Virus record (IMG/VR): IMGVR_UViG_3300042197_003251
Span: 1-64,000 of that record
Origin: a virus
Direction: 5' to 3' (one strand)
DNA: 64,000 nucleotides
Positions within the stretch are counted from its first letter, which is position 1. Every line of letters begins with the position of its first letter. Of this stretch, positions 47,426 to 56,800 are shown piece after piece. Under the pieces are notes generated by a model, which was given only the letters and a program-made list of their open reading frames with translations, had not been told where the DNA came from and made no database searches. A program made the translations under genes and the position numbers.

Positions 47426-47752
47426 TCACTTTATAAATATATTGACTTTTACATTTTTCTGTTCTTTAAGTGACAATTCTATATCTTTTAATTTAATTTT
47501 TACTTTGGTGTTTTTGTTCTTGTTAACTCTTTTTTCAAATTCAATTTCATCAACATTAAGTCTAAGAAAAAGTTTTATTAAAATCTCTTTTTCATCGTCA
47601 GGAAGAGCATCTAATCTTTCCCTTATTTTATAAGAAGAAATGGCGCCACCACCTTTTAATAATTTTTCAATTATACACCCCTCAGCCCAAGTAAATGGTG
47701 CATCTAACCAAGCGTATGGAGCATCATCCCACGCATAACATATTGTTGCCAT
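47426..47752 (-). CDS. hypothetical protein
   Basis: WDDAPYAWLDAPFTW repeat; TATTTAT-N5-ATG. Confidence 0.75.
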   Translation of the reverse strand: MATICYAWDDAPYAWLDAPFTWAEGCIIEKLLKGGGAISSYKIRERLDALPDDEKEILIKLFLRLNVDEIEFEKRVNKNKNTKVKIKLKDIELSLKEQKNVKVNIFIK

Positions 47753-47771
47753 TAGTTATAAATATGAAAAA

Positions 47772-48698
47772 CTACAATCTGGTGTGTTTAACATATAATC
47801 TGACATACAAGTCCCCATTCTCATTTGGGTAACCTTTTCCTTTAACTTTAAGTGGAACGCTTGTGTCCACAGTTTGTGGCATCTTAATTTTTAGTTCTCC
47901 GTGTGGATGCGGAATTTTAATCTCATCCAAATTCAAATCATTTATTGATAAGAAATTATTAAAAACCAAATCACCGGCGACTTTTTCAAAACCATCTTGT
48001 TGATTAACATTAATTTTGAAAATCATATCTCCAAACATTCCATTTGCAAAATCTCCCATAGATTGCGCTCTAACCAATTGTCCATCAGAAACTCCAACTG
48101 GTAAATTCATGCTTATTGTTTGATGTTCATCAATTCTTCCATCACCTCCGCAATGATTGCAAGTTGATTTAAAATGAAACCCTCTTCCACCACATGCCCC
48201 ACAAGCTGTTTGAATTATGTTTTGCATAAAATGATTTCCAACTCTTTGCATAATCCGGCCAGAACCTCCACAGTTTGAGCAGGTTTGTCTTTCCCCTCCT
48301 TGCCCACCACAAGGGTCACAATTTATTTTTCTTGTAAAATTAACATCAATTTTCTTTCCCAAAAATGAATCAACCGCTCCAACCTGAATGTCCATAACTC
48401 TGTCTGGTGCTCTTCTTTGTTGTTGTCCCCCAAAGATATTTGAAAATATGTCAAACGGATTTCCGCCCCCACCCATATCAAAACCAAACTGACTAAAAGG
48501 ATTGTTGTTTCTATTATCATATTCATTTTTTTTCTGTTCGTCTGACAGAGTTGAATAAGCTTCATTAATTTTTTTAAATACGTTTTCGTCCCCACCTTTA
48601 TCAGGATGAAATTCTTTTGATTTATTTCTAAACGCTTTTTTTATTTCATCTTGTGTTGCGGTTTCCTGAACCCCAAGAATATCATAATATGTTTCCAA
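47772..48698 (-). CDS. dnaJ: molecular chaperone DnaJ
   Basis: J domain with HPD, G/F region, four CxxCxGxG repeats, C-terminal GDLYV. Confidence 0.95.
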   Translation of the reverse strand: METYYDILGVQETATQDEIKKAFRNKSKEFHPDKGGDENVFKKINEAYSTLSDEQKKNEYDNRNNNPFSQFGFDMGGGGNPFDIFSNIFGGQQQRRAPDRVMDIQVGAVDSFLGKKIDVNFTRKINCDPCGGQGGERQTCSNCGGSGRIMQRVGNHFMQNIIQTACGACGGRGFHFKSTCNHCGGDGRIDEHQTISMNLPVGVSDGQLVRAQSMGDFANGMFGDMIFKINVNQQDGFEKVAGDLVFNNFLSINDLNLDEIKIPHPHGELKIKMPQTVDTSVPLKVKGKGYPNENGDLYVRLYVKHTRL

Positions 48699-48736
48699 AA
48701 CTATATTTTTTTAAATTTTATTATATTATATATACG

Positions 48737-49378
48737 ATGAATAACTTTAACTTTCAAGTCATCCTTTTTAAAAATAATAAAAAAAAGAAAATTCTCAAAT
48801 CTTTTATTACAGAAAAAAGGGCAAATGAATTTTATAACAAAAAAATTGATGAGTCATCTAAAGTGATTTTTCCAGTTGAAATGGAAAATGGTAAAAAATG
48901 TAAATTTAAAATCGCTTTAGTTTCAAGTGAACCCAATTTTGACAACATTTATTATTTGGATGAACTCGGAAGAAATGTGTCAATTAATCCAAAAATATCT
49001 GATTCACTATACATTAAAAAAATTAATACATATAATAAAGAAGAAAAAATTTTTGATGTCCTAAAAAAAGAAAAACTAACAACAAACCAATTCTTTAAAA
49101 ACTATATTAAGAAGGGTGAAAATTATTTGTTATCAAAACTTAATAACAAACTTATTCTACAGAACGATGAAAATTTTGTTTTGTTTTCATTAAAAACGGA
49201 TGATGATTGTGGCAGATTTTTAAATTGTATTGAATATTCTTCTATACCAAAAACTTTTATGATAGTAAGGGATGTTTCATCACCTCAACGAAAATACATT
49301 TACGAATTACTTAAAAACGCCGGATTTGATATTGGGTTTTTATACAGGAGTTCTACGACTCATCCAAAAGAAAAATAA
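48737..49378 (+). CDS. hypothetical protein
   Basis: Start refined to MNNFNFQ. Confidence 0.75.
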   Translation: MNNFNFQVILFKNNKKKKILKSFITEKRANEFYNKKIDESSKVIFPVEMENGKKCKFKIALVSSEPNFDNIYYLDELGRNVSINPKISDSLYIKKINTYNKEEKIFDVLKKEKLTTNQFFKNYIKKGENYLLSKLNNKLILQNDENFVLFSLKTDDDCGRFLNCIEYSSIPKTFMIVRDVSSPQRKYIYELLKNAGFDIGFLYRSSTTHPKEK

Positions 49379-49577
49379 AGTCCATACCTGAAATATCAAC
49401 TTTAAACTCTTTTACATCAGCGTCTGGAACATCTTCAAATTCCAAAAGCACTCTTCTAAAATCATTATATTTTAATTCAAGTACGAGCGTAGCTTTTGCG
49501 GTTAATTGAGTTTGTATCTCGTCCGTTAGGGTTGCAAGTTTCTTTAGAAATTGAGGGCTCTTTTTATTCTCTGCCAT
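49353..49577 (-). CDS. hypothetical protein
   Basis: 74-aa ORF. Confidence 0.7.
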   Translation of the reverse strand: MAENKKSPQFLKKLATLTDEIQTQLTAKATLVLELKYNDFRRVLLEFEDVPDADVKEFKVDISGMDFIFLLDES

Positions 49578-49723
49578 AAACTTAATTTTTTTTCTTTTGG
49601 GATTATGTCGTCCTTTGTTTTTCCGACCAAATTAGAAATTAACTCTTTTTTATATTTTTCAATCTCTGCTTGGTCACTATTCTTGGACTTCTCCAAGTAT
49701 TTCAACATTCTCTGATGTTCCAT
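49544..49723 (-). CDS. small hypothetical protein (59 aa)
   Basis: MEHQRMLKYLEKSKNSDQAEIEKYKKELI...LSLWQRIKRALNF; fills the gap in the operon. Confidence 0.65.
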   Translation of the reverse strand: MEHQRMLKYLEKSKNSDQAEIEKYKKELISNLVGKTKDDIIPKEKKLSLWQRIKRALNF

Positions 49724-50120
49724 TTGGTTTTAAAATGCTTTTCTTTGTTTGTTTTAAGTCAAAAGATAAATTTTTTAACTGGTCTAATGATTGATTGTTA
49801 AATATATTTTTAAGTTCATCAATTTTTGATTGGAGCAGGTTTTCTTTCATTTCTCTTTCCAAATTATAATTGATAATCCCAATAATGTTATCATGTGTTT
49901 TTTTAAGTGCTTCTGAATTCATTTCACTAACGAAAGAAAAAACATTTTTGGTTCCATCTTCGTTAATTCCCTGAGTTACAAATTTGTCTTCTATTACAAA
50001 TTTTTTGAGGATTTTCCAAGAATTTGGAAACTCAATATCAAATATCAAATAATCTTCCAACTTTCTTATTTGCTGAAGATATTCAAGTATATTACCTATT
50101 TCAAGATTTAAACTTTTCAT
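49677..50120 (-). CDS. hypothetical protein
   Basis: 147-aa ORF. Confidence 0.75.
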   Translation of the reverse strand: MKSLNLEIGNILEYLQQIRKLEDYLIFDIEFPNSWKILKKFVIEDKFVTQGINEDGTKNVFSFVSEMNSEALKKTHDNIIGIINYNLEREMKENLLQSKIDELKNIFNNQSLDQLKNLSFDLKQTKKSILKPNGTSENVEILGEVQE

Positions 50121-50299
50121 GATTGGATTAAATATGTGATTATATAAGATAAACTTAAACCTAAAAATAAAAGCCCTGTTTTACCTAAATCAAAAAGTTC
50201 CGGCTTAACGAGGGCTTTTATAAATTTAAAAATTACATTGACAACATATAAAATGCTGAATATAAAGAAAAAGACAAATATTGTTTCTAAATTAAACAT
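50117..50299 (-). CDS. small membrane protein (2 TM)
   Basis: Hydrophobic 60-aa ORF. Confidence 0.7.
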   Translation of the reverse strand: MFNLETIFVFFFIFSILYVVNVIFKFIKALVKPELFDLGKTGLLFLGLSLSYIITYLIQS

Positions 50300-50468
50300 T
50301 ATCTTTTCTTTCTTTCAGAACTTCACCTCTAAAAGACTGCAATAGAGCTTTCAATTCCTGAGCGGTTTTGCGAGCTCTTGTACCAGCACTCTTATTTCCG
50401 TTATAAAATTTACCAGCATCAAGGGCTAGAGTTTCTGTCAATGATTTGATTTTTTCAACTGTTTCCAT
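50292..50468 (-). CDS. histone H1-like (Hc1-type) protein (58 aa)
   Basis: KFYNGNKSAGTRARKTAQELK matches the GNKxAGTRARK motif; below ORF-track cutoff. Confidence 0.85.
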   Translation of the reverse strand: METVEKIKSLTETLALDAGKFYNGNKSAGTRARKTAQELKALLQSFRGEVLKERKDNV

Positions 50469-50518
50469 TTATCAAATATTAAAAAATGTTTATTACAATA
50501 TCAATATTAATACTTTTT

Positions 50519-50998
50519 TTAACTATGTAAATTATTATTCTCCAAATTTTTATCTAACGTATAATAAATGTTTTGTAATAAATCAAGGTCTGACATTGTA
50601 TGCGTTGCATCCAAATTAAATATTTCTTGAAAAAACTTATTTAAGGAATATTTTACTTCAGTAATTTTTTGGTTGTAAAAAGTTTCAGCGATAAAGTTTT
50701 TTAGGAAATCGTAATGTATTCCACTTTTTTTAAAAAATATTTTTTCTTTTCCAAAATTATCAATGACTTTATCCCAACACCAATTGAAGTGATTTTGATT
50801 ATCACTTTCGTCTAATCTAATATTTGTTGTCTTATCTATATCATTACCCAAATAAGTTTCATACATTATTAAAATAAGTGAATTAACAAAATCTGAAAAA
50901 AGTTCAAATTTTTGATAACAAATATTGTTCTTATCAATCCAAAGTTGAAAATCTTCTTTATCTACTGGTTTAGATATATACGCAAAAAAATCCTCCAT
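50519..50998 (-). CDS. hypothetical protein
   Basis: 159-aa ORF. Confidence 0.8.
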   Translation of the reverse strand: MEDFFAYISKPVDKEDFQLWIDKNNICYQKFELFSDFVNSLILIMYETYLGNDIDKTTNIRLDESDNQNHFNWCWDKVIDNFGKEKIFFKKSGIHYDFLKNFIAETFYNQKITEVKYSLNKFFQEIFNLDATHTMSDLDLLQNIYYTLDKNLENNNLHS

Positions 50999-51041
50999 AC
51001 ATTATATATGGAGAATATAGTTCATTTATTTTTTTTGTAAA

Positions 51042-52427
51042 TTATTGAGTCTTTTTGTTATAACCCATCATATTTTTCATTTTCATCATTTCTTCAGATA
51101 AAATTTGTTTTTCTTCTGTAGATTCACCAAGTTTTTTGAACATGTTATCAAGTTTACCTGATTTAGTATTTTCACCAGCAATATCAACTGGTTGTTTTAC
51201 TCTGTTGTAACTTTTTCTTTTTTCTTGATTATATAAACCTAATTTTCTTCTTTTGTTAAGTTTTTTCCCTAACCCTGTATCTTCAGCGTTTGCATACTTT
51301 GGTGAATTTCCTGTCATTTCAGAACCCTCAATTGTTTTTTCTAACCAATCTTCATTGTATCCAACTTCATCTGGGTCCAAATCTAACATTCCACCACCAT
51401 AAGCAAAAGTATCAATATACTCCTCAACAGCGTCTGATGGGATATAACTCTTTTTATCCATTTTAGCAAGTTGTCCATTACCTTTTGGAAAATGTTTTGG
51501 GTTTTCTTCAAAACTTCCTTTTGAACCTGCCTTAACGTAATCCCTCATTTTCTTAAAAGACTCTTGGTTTGCTTTTTTATTAATATCGTCATCTTTTTTA
51601 TGAACTCTATCATATTCAACCATACCTTTTGACCTACCACCTGATGACTTTAAATTTGTTTTCTTTTCCTCAATAATGATTTCTTCAATCATACTAACAA
51701 GTTCGTTTTCGGATAAGGTAAGTTCTTCTCCACCAAAATTAATTGTATATTTATATGATTCATTTTTCACATCAAATTCTTTATTACCAACTTTAAATGT
51801 GCCTTTACCTTCCTCTTTCGCCCTTGCAAGTGCTCCAGTAAAAGCGTTTCCTTCTTCCATTTCATCGCCCTCAATTGATTCTTTAGTTTCTTTTTTATTA
51901 CTCCTTAACACCTCAAAGTCTTTTGCATCTATTTTATTTGTAGGCTTTGCCTGTTTTGCAATATATTTTTGTCCTTTAGAGTATTCTTCATCTTCATCAT
52001 CGTCTTCATCGTCCTCTTCGCCCTCATAGTCATATTTTTTCTTTAAACTTGCAGGAAATTTTTCACCAGGATGTTTTTTAGTGTAAGCCCTTTTTAATGC
52101 CTTTCTAAATTTTTCACCTTCTTTCATTTCACCACAATCCCCTTCCATACATTCTTTTTCTTGTACATAATCAAACTCACCTGACATAACATCAGTTTCT
52201 TCTTCAAGTTCAATATCTGATAATGAATCATCAGTATCCATATTTAACTTTTTATCTAATAATTTTTTAAATCTTCTATAGTCTGGCATATCTTCCTGTT
52301 CATAATCATAATCTTCAGGACCAAAATCCTCATCCATTTCACCATTTATTTTTTTTGTAAGTTCTTCCGCCTTCTCATTTAAAGACTCCATTAGAACTTT
52401 TTTTACGATGTTATCTATTTCTCTCAT
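51042..52427 (-). CDS. charged low-complexity protein, putative head-internal/scaffold
   Basis: Many L/I/M-x-E motifs (VLMES, LNEK, MEEG, LSEE). Confidence 0.7.
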   Translation of the reverse strand: MREIDNIVKKVLMESLNEKAEELTKKINGEMDEDFGPEDYDYEQEDMPDYRRFKKLLDKKLNMDTDDSLSDIELEEETDVMSGEFDYVQEKECMEGDCGEMKEGEKFRKALKRAYTKKHPGEKFPASLKKKYDYEGEEDDEDDDEDEEYSKGQKYIAKQAKPTNKIDAKDFEVLRSNKKETKESIEGDEMEEGNAFTGALARAKEEGKGTFKVGNKEFDVKNESYKYTINFGGEELTLSENELVSMIEEIIIEEKKTNLKSSGGRSKGMVEYDRVHKKDDDINKKANQESFKKMRDYVKAGSKGSFEENPKHFPKGNGQLAKMDKKSYIPSDAVEEYIDTFAYGGGMLDLDPDEVGYNEDWLEKTIEGSEMTGNSPKYANAEDTGLGKKLNKRRKLGLYNQEKRKSYNRVKQPVDIAGENTKSGKLDNMFKKLGESTEEKQILSEEMMKMKNMMGYNKKTQ

Positions 52428-52451
52428 TTGAATATTTTTTTATATAAATAC

Positions 52452-53300
52452 TTATTTTTTTGTGTTTTTTCTTACATCCTCAATAATAATTTTCATAATC
52501 AACTTTTCACTAATTCCGTATTGTTCTGCCAATTTTTTTGCTTTTTTCTTAACAATTGGACTTCTACTCAATTTAAGAGCGTTAATGTCCCCCTGATTGC
52601 AATAAGGGAATGTTTTACACTTCTTTTTAACCTGAACAAATGCTCCACCAGGTATTTGTGTTTTTGACCTACCTCTCCAATCTTTTGGACTCATAGATTT
52701 TGCTCCAAATGCCGGTCCTGAATATTGTCCAGAAGAAGATGAACTTGTCGCTTCCTTTGTTTCTTTTTTTTCAACTTTTTCTAATTTATCATAATAAAAT
52801 GGATTTTCTTTTAAATGGTCTAAAGCGATTTGTTTTGCTTTTGATATTCCCATATCGTGTTCCATTTCAACTTTTGTTCCTTTTTTAAATTGCGTTTGAA
52901 TTATTTCAAGCATTTTTTCAATCTTTTCCTTTTGACTTTTACCTTCAGCGTCTTTGGAGTGTAATCTTGCAAGGTCTTTTAATTTTGCAATTTCTGTTCT
53001 TTCTGCTTCAGTTAAATTTTCTTTTAATTTCTTTTTTCTTCCTTGACAATGGGCTCTCTGACTAAAACCTTTTGGGTTTTTACAATCAATACTTCTTTTG
53101 TATTTTTCAGACCATTTTTCTTTCATTTCTCCTGAAATTGGCGGTTCAAATGCGCCTGCTCCTCCACTACCAGTCGCTTCTTTATTTTCACTTTTTTTAA
53201 TCATATTTTTAATATCTCGTAAATCTTCTTGACTTTTTGAGTCAGTATTACTTGAAAATGCTTTATCAAGTGCTTTCATAGTATTTTTTTTTATATCCAT
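52452..53300 (-). CDS. modular phage protein with DUF5661-like segment
   Basis: KWSEKYKRSIDCKNPKGFSQRAHC; GTKVEMEH...IALDHLKENPFYYDKL. Confidence 0.7.
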   Translation of the reverse strand: MDIKKNTMKALDKAFSSNTDSKSQEDLRDIKNMIKKSENKEATGSGGAGAFEPPISGEMKEKWSEKYKRSIDCKNPKGFSQRAHCQGRKKKLKENLTEAERTEIAKLKDLARLHSKDAEGKSQKEKIEKMLEIIQTQFKKGTKVEMEHDMGISKAKQIALDHLKENPFYYDKLEKVEKKETKEATSSSSSGQYSGPAFGAKSMSPKDWRGRSKTQIPGGAFVQVKKKCKTFPYCNQGDINALKLSRSPIVKKKAKKLAEQYGISEKLIMKIIIEDVRKNTKK

Positions 53301-53301
53301 T

Positions 53302-53550
53302 TTATCTTACGTTTTTAATTCTTGGTTCCCAATAACCTCTTTGAGTCCACATAAATTGATAAAATTCAGAAAACATTTTTGCAACCAAATCTTTTACTTC
53401 AGTTCCAACTTTTCCTCTTTTGATTTCCTTATTAATTAAATCAACCATATGTTCTTCAAATTGTTTTAAAGTATTAGAAGCAAGAAAATCTTTTATTTCT
53501 TTTCTAGCAATTGTTTCTATTTCTTTTTTTTCAGAAGCTGTAAGTGCCAT
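53302..53550 (-). CDS. hypothetical protein
   Basis: 82-aa ORF. Confidence 0.75.
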   Translation of the reverse strand: MALTASEKKEIETIARKEIKDFLASNTLKQFEEHMVDLINKEIKRGKVGTEVKDLVAKMFSEFYQFMWTQRGYWEPRIKNVR

Positions 53551-54149
53551 TACTTATTAACTTTTTGTGATGTCTTTTTTCTACCAGCAATTACTTTAGC
53601 CCATTTTGATTTGAACTTTTCGTAATATGTCTGTAGTTTATTAATCATATCAAGGTAATTTTCGTCAACTTTCATCATTTGACCCGATATATAAAGTCCA
53701 TTACTCTCACCAATTGTGAAGTAAAACTCAACATCAAAATCAACTACAAGACCTGACCAGTCTGCGTTATTACTATATAAATTAAGCTGTCCAAAATTTG
53801 CCATATCTGACACTTCATTAACGAACTCGTCCATAGTTTCTTGAAACGCAATTTTATCATCAGTTGTTAGTTCAGTTTCTTTTTTTGAGTCTCCGTGAAT
53901 AACAAGAATTCCACCTGAAATTCTATAACCTTCACTAAAATCATTTGGTTTTCCTTCACTATCCTCAATATCTTGTTCTGTTGATTTAGGGACATTATAT
54001 CTTTGAATGTCTCTTGGACTATCTTCGTCTTCTGTAATCAAATATCCTTTTTTAATTTGACTAATATGTTCGGATATAATAGGATTACTACCATCTTTTA
54101 AATCGTTGATGGCTTTAAGTTGTTTTTTAATTAACTCAATTTGGTTCAT
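53550..54149 (-). CDS. hypothetical protein
   Basis: 199-aa ORF; LITED motif. Confidence 0.8.
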   Translation of the reverse strand: MNQIELIKKQLKAINDLKDGSNPIISEHISQIKKGYLITEDEDSPRDIQRYNVPKSTEQDIEDSEGKPNDFSEGYRISGGILVIHGDSKKETELTTDDKIAFQETMDEFVNEVSDMANFGQLNLYSNNADWSGLVVDFDVEFYFTIGESNGLYISGQMMKVDENYLDMINKLQTYYEKFKSKWAKVIAGRKKTSQKVNK

Positions 54150-54738
54150 CTTCTATCAGTTTTTTAAACTCGTCAAAATTAAATGACGGGTTTGGGTCAG
54201 TATATTTATTATCATAGTTGCTACGGCACACTATACCATTAAATATCTTGATACCATCAACTTTTGTGTTGTGACCGATAAAAGTTTTGTTAATTGAGAA
54301 TTTTTTTAATAATTTTTTTGAAATTTCAACGAGTGAATTAAATTGATTGTCTGTATAGTTGTCCCAATATAGTTTATCTCTCCATTTTTTTTCGTATGGT
54401 TTACCTTCAAAAAAAGAACCAATCCAATTTACAAAATGAGTTTCAATAGGAATTTTTTTTAACCATCCTAAATTTTCAACAACTATTATTATTGAATTTT
54501 TATTTACCTCAACATCGTGAAAAAAATTTGAATATGAATCATCAGGAAGAATACTAATTACGTCACCTTCTTTTGTTATAAGGTAATTTGGGATTTTTCT
54601 GTAATTACCATTAAATCTATATTTTAAACTTGCAAGATATTCGTTTTTTGGTCTTGAAGTGTTACAAAGGATTATCTGTTTTTTATTTTTGTTTTTTTCA
54701 AAGTTTTTAAACTCACCAAACTTTATAACATCAATCAC
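54136..54738 (-). CDS. N-acetylmuramoyl-L-alanine amidase-like (Amidase_2) protein, possibly inactive
   Basis: QIILCNT, YLITKEG, NSIIIVVEN, YTDNQ, TDPNPSF. Confidence 0.7.
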   Translation of the reverse strand: MIDVIKFGEFKNFEKNKNKKQIILCNTSRPKNEYLASLKYRFNGNYRKIPNYLITKEGDVISILPDDSYSNFFHDVEVNKNSIIIVVENLGWLKKIPIETHFVNWIGSFFEGKPYEKKWRDKLYWDNYTDNQFNSLVEISKKLLKKFSINKTFIGHNTKVDGIKIFNGIVCRSNYDNKYTDPNPSFNFDEFKKLIEDEPN

Positions 54739-55663
54739 TTTTTTTAAAATAGTTTAAAACTTTATATTTTTGGTCAGCGTCAACTGGTTCAGGTTTAATA
54801 TCTTGAACCTCTGTTTCATTTTCTGATATTTCTTCAGGGACTTCCTTTTCTTGCTCTGAAATTGTTTCCACAATATTTTCTTCAAGATTATTTTCAACTG
54901 GTGTTGTAGGTTCAGTTTTATTATGAATATTAAATTTTGGCTTACTCAATATTTCTTCAAACTTTTTAATATCTTCTTCAGTTGGTTCGTATCTTAAATT
55001 ATCGTAATCAATATTTTCTTTTATTGGTCCCTGATATCCTATTTTACTTAAAAAATCATCAAACTTTTTAATATCTTCTTCAGTTGGTTTATACCTTATC
55101 TCGTCCTCTTCCTTTATTTTATTTTTAATAAATTCTTCTTTTTGTAATTCATAATCTTCAACATTAACTTCATCTTCAGTAGTTTGTTTTAATTCAGCGT
55201 TTTGTTCAGAATATTTAACAAGCATATGAGCAAAAGTTAATGATATGATTGGAAGTAGTCCACCAGTTAAAAAAGATAAAATTAATTTGTGTGATGCAAT
55301 GTCGTCAACTTCAACTCCCATATTTTCAAAAAGACCTCCGACCATTGAAACCCAATCTTTAAAAATTTCAGAAGTTTCGTCAATATATGAAAAAGAAAAG
55401 AATACATTACCAATCATTTGTATTAATGTGACAATTAAAAATGGTATATAGATAAATCTACCCATTCTGACTGATACTGCGGCAAGAGCGGACAAAGCCG
55501 CAATTTCAATACCGACTGATAAATAAAGAGCCCAACTCCAAGGGTTACTTATACCATAAAAACTTGTTACGTGTGATATAGAAACAAACGCAACAAGTAG
55601 TATGGGGATAACGAATGCAAAAACAATTATGTTTTTAAGATTTCTCTTAATCCAATTCCTCAT
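54731..55663 (-). CDS. 4-TM membrane protein with repeated acidic tail
   Basis: Four TM segments; RY(K/E)PTEEDIKKF repeated at 102-bp spacing. Confidence 0.75.
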   Translation of the reverse strand: MRNWIKRNLKNIIVFAFVIPILLVAFVSISHVTSFYGISNPWSWALYLSVGIEIAALSALAAVSVRMGRFIYIPFLIVTLIQMIGNVFFSFSYIDETSEIFKDWVSMVGGLFENMGVEVDDIASHKLILSFLTGGLLPIISLTFAHMLVKYSEQNAELKQTTEDEVNVEDYELQKEEFIKNKIKEEDEIRYKPTEEDIKKFDDFLSKIGYQGPIKENIDYDNLRYEPTEEDIKKFEEILSKPKFNIHNKTEPTTPVENNLEENIVETISEQEKEVPEEISENETEVQDIKPEPVDADQKYKVLNYFKKSD

Positions 55664-55938
55664 CGTTTTACCTCATTCTTGTAATGATTTATTGGCATAT
55701 TATTTTTGTCTGACAATTCTTCAACTTCAAGTGTTTTCCATAAAGTTGTATTTTCAAGTAAATTAATCATTTCCTGTTCTGTAATGATTAAATTTGTAAG
55801 TGAATCCACTTTTTGATTTAATGATTTATTTTCTTTCATTAAAGTTTTAACTTGTGTAGCGGTTCCGCAACTCTTTAGGAATACCAAGAAAACCATTACA
55901 AGTCCAGTAATCATTAGAATTTTTTGTATTTTTTCCAT
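55660..55938 (-). CDS. membrane-anchored coiled-coil protein
   Basis: N-terminal TM ending LKSC, then coiled coil. Confidence 0.7.
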   Translation of the reverse strand: MEKIQKILMITGLVMVFLVFLKSCGTATQVKTLMKENKSLNQKVDSLTNLIITEQEMINLLENTTLWKTLEVEELSDKNNMPINHYKNEVKR

Positions 55939-55981
55939 AATCTTTTTTATTAAATATTAGATATATAAATTTATTTGTAAA

Positions 55982-56800
55982 TTAAAGATAGTCAAAAAGG
56001 GTTGATGACTCATTTCTTAACTTGCGAAGTCCTCTTTCTTTAATTTGCCTAACCCTTTCTTTTGTTAAGTTAAAATCCATCCCTATGTCTTCAAGTGTTC
56101 TCGGTGTTCCCGATAGTCCATAGTAATCCATAATAATGTTTTTTTCTCTATCATCTAAAACATTAAGTATTTCCATAAGACCTTCTTTAACTTGTTTATC
56201 ACTATTAAAAACATGGTCGGGTCGGAGTGAGTCTTTATTCTCAATTAGGTCAATCAAGGTGTCCCCATCTTCATTAATATTTGTTTCAAGATTAATTACC
56301 GAAGGTAAGTTTAGGAACCTGTCATCCATGTCTCCACCTGATTTTTCAACCCTTTTCTTTTCCTTATGTAGGTCTTGTACTACATTGACGGGAATTCTAA
56401 TTGTTCTGGAATTTTCATTCAAGGATTGAAGGATTGATTGTTTAATCCACCAAACTGCGTATGATATAAATCTCAAGTTTTTGGACCAATCAAAACTATT
56501 AATTGCCCTCATAAGTCCAATATTACCTTCGGCAATTAAATCAGACAAATCAACTCCCTGATTTTGATATTGTTTTGCGATTGTAATAACGAACCTTAAA
56601 TTACCTTCAAGCAATTCTTTTTCAATCTCTTTCTTTTCATTAAGCGAAATGTTTCCTGATTGAATTAGTTTTGATAATTCTTTTTCCCTTTCAGGTGTCA
56701 TTACCTTAATTCTCCTCAATTCTTTAAGGTAATATTGAATTTCGTCTTGGTTAATTGCGGACACCATTTTGTCCTGTGTTTCATCCTTTTGAGTACTCAT
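55982..56800 (-). CDS. RNA polymerase sigma-70 family factor (RpoD/RpoS-like)
   Basis: NLRFVITIAKQY, DLIAEGNIGL, RFISYAVWWIKQ, TLEDIG..LTKERVRQI. Confidence 0.95.
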   Translation of the reverse strand: MSTQKDETQDKMVSAINQDEIQYYLKELRRIKVMTPEREKELSKLIQSGNISLNEKKEIEKELLEGNLRFVITIAKQYQNQGVDLSDLIAEGNIGLMRAINSFDWSKNLRFISYAVWWIKQSILQSLNENSRTIRIPVNVVQDLHKEKKRVEKSGGDMDDRFLNLPSVINLETNINEDGDTLIDLIENKDSLRPDHVFNSDKQVKEGLMEILNVLDDREKNIIMDYYGLSGTPRTLEDIGMDFNLTKERVRQIKERGLRKLRNESSTLFDYL

